A stretch of 64,000 nt of DNA. It comes from Candidatus Berkelbacteria bacterium (lineage in GTDB: Bacteria; Patescibacteriota; UBA1384; JACPKC01). The number at the start of each line of letters is the position of its first letter. Position 1 is the stretch's first letter. The notes under the pieces are model-generated. The model was not told the origin of the DNA. It searched no databases and saw only the letters and a list, made by a program, of their open reading frames with translations. The stretch covers positions 25,051-89,050 of the forward strand of contig JACPKC010000006.1 of the NCBI GenBank assembly GCA_016187225.1. The letters run 5' to 3'. The position numbers and the translations under genes were made by a program. Positions 63,148-64,000 of this stretch are shown here, in pieces.

Positions 63148-63879
63148 CTAGGCGGCCAACAGCTCCTCTCGGAGATCGGCCGCCGCCCAAGCGACTTGCG
63201 CTCGGGCGCGACCCTGCTCGAACGGCGACCTTGCAGCCAGCCGTTCGGCGAGGGCCGACTCAAGGGAGTCGGCGGCGTCATGCCACCGACTCACGCTCGA
63301 GTCCCGGGCGACCAGGAGCAGAAGCTCCGGTCGCCGGGAGGCGACCACGGTTTTGCGCCAGAGCCCCTGGCACACGGGGGCAGAAGCGGCCAACGCCTCA
63401 CGGCGAGCCGCTTCTGCCTTTTGTTGGCGCGCCCACTCGCCTTTGGGCAGGGCGCGGCAATTCTGCCGCTCCTGCTTGCGGGCGCGGCGAGCCTCCCGGG
63501 CGGCGCGGTCGCGGGCCACCTTGGCCAGCACCGCCGCCCGGGTCACCTGACCGCGGACAGGTTGGGCTTTCGCCCGTTCCTGCCGCCGGTTGGCCCGCCG
63601 GCGCGCCGTCCGCCACGACCGCCCCTCGCTGGGGACGGCATGGAAAGTTTTTCTGCCACAAAGTGGCTGCGGCACCCAGAGCTGGTCGCCCATCAGAGCG
63701 GCCAGCTCCCCGGCCGCGAGGCGAATGCCCCGCGACCGAAAAAACTTCTTCGCCCGGGTGCGAGAGACGAACTCTCGACGGCCCGGGCAGGTCATGACAC
63801 CATTTTCCCGGGTGATGCCAAACCCGGTGGCGAGCACGAAGCTCGCCAGGAAAACGAGAACCAGCCCAATAATGAGCAT
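63148..63879 (-). CDS. Arg/Ala-rich hypothetical protein with an N-terminal hydrophobic segment
   Basis: AAGGAGG RBS; stop codon embedded in a GAAA-capped hairpin just before the helicase. Confidence 0.6.
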   Translation of the reverse strand: MLIIGLVLVFLASFVLATGFGITRENGVMTCPGRREFVSRTRAKKFFRSRGIRLAAGELAALMGDQLWVPQPLCGRKTFHAVPSEGRSWRTARRRANRRQERAKAQPVRGQVTRAAVLAKVARDRAAREARRARKQERQNCRALPKGEWARQQKAEAARREALAASAPVCQGLWRKTVVASRRPELLLLVARDSSVSRWHDAADSLESALAERLAARSPFEQGRARAQVAWAAADLREELLAA

Positions 63880-64000
63880 CTCGTTTTCCTCCTTCCCCCG
63901 CTTTGCGGGTTTTTCAACCGCACGGGGGATTCACCGGCTGGCGAATGCCCACCCCGAACAGCGACGCCTTTCACGTCTCCCTCTGCGCCACATTTTTCCT

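Larger units (their letters stand above)
50977..64000 (-). mobile_element. Accessory island: DExH helicase, small-gene array with structured intergenic repeats, and TA modules
   Basis: Shift to GC-richer coding sequence (by eye), no housekeeping genes, recurring repeats, strong SD sites, antisense TA pairs. No integrase in the window and the right end is not seen. Confidence 0.65.

Noticed and set aside
63895-64000. c-di-GMP riboswitch or group II intron 5' domain
   Set aside because: There are hairpins and a GCAAA string, but the consensus order is not met and the element is cut by the window edge.

Overview
Bacterial chromosome segment, most likely from a Patescibacteria (CPR) genome. This is an inference from compact housekeeping operons, class I LysRS, shortened AlaRS and TsaB, and an FtsA-like/baseplate-J-like gene pair. 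Positions 1-50,900 are mostly core genes: F1Fo ATP synthase operon, three tRNAs, ruvB, ftsEX plus an M23 peptidase, secA, serS, lysS, greA, mreBCD-mrdA, mltG and alaS. This part also holds a cobalamin riboswitch ahead of a large unknown ORF (missed by the ORF track), an N-terminally truncated serine recombinase at tRNA-Gly, and some decayed genes. From about 50,980 to the window end is a visibly GC-richer accessory island: a 1,411-aa HrpA-like DExH helicase followed on the same strand by about 11 small unknown genes. These genes are separated by highly structured intergenic elements that fall into five repeat families, with compensatory stem changes, GNRA/UUCG loops on the coding strand and a shared GGGCU junction. 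Two antisense toxin-antitoxin modules are inserted in the array, one flanked by a perfect 50-bp duplication. This helicase plus structured-leader cassette array is the best candidate for an undescribed system. All structures were folded by eye and all family calls come from motif recognition, not database searches.
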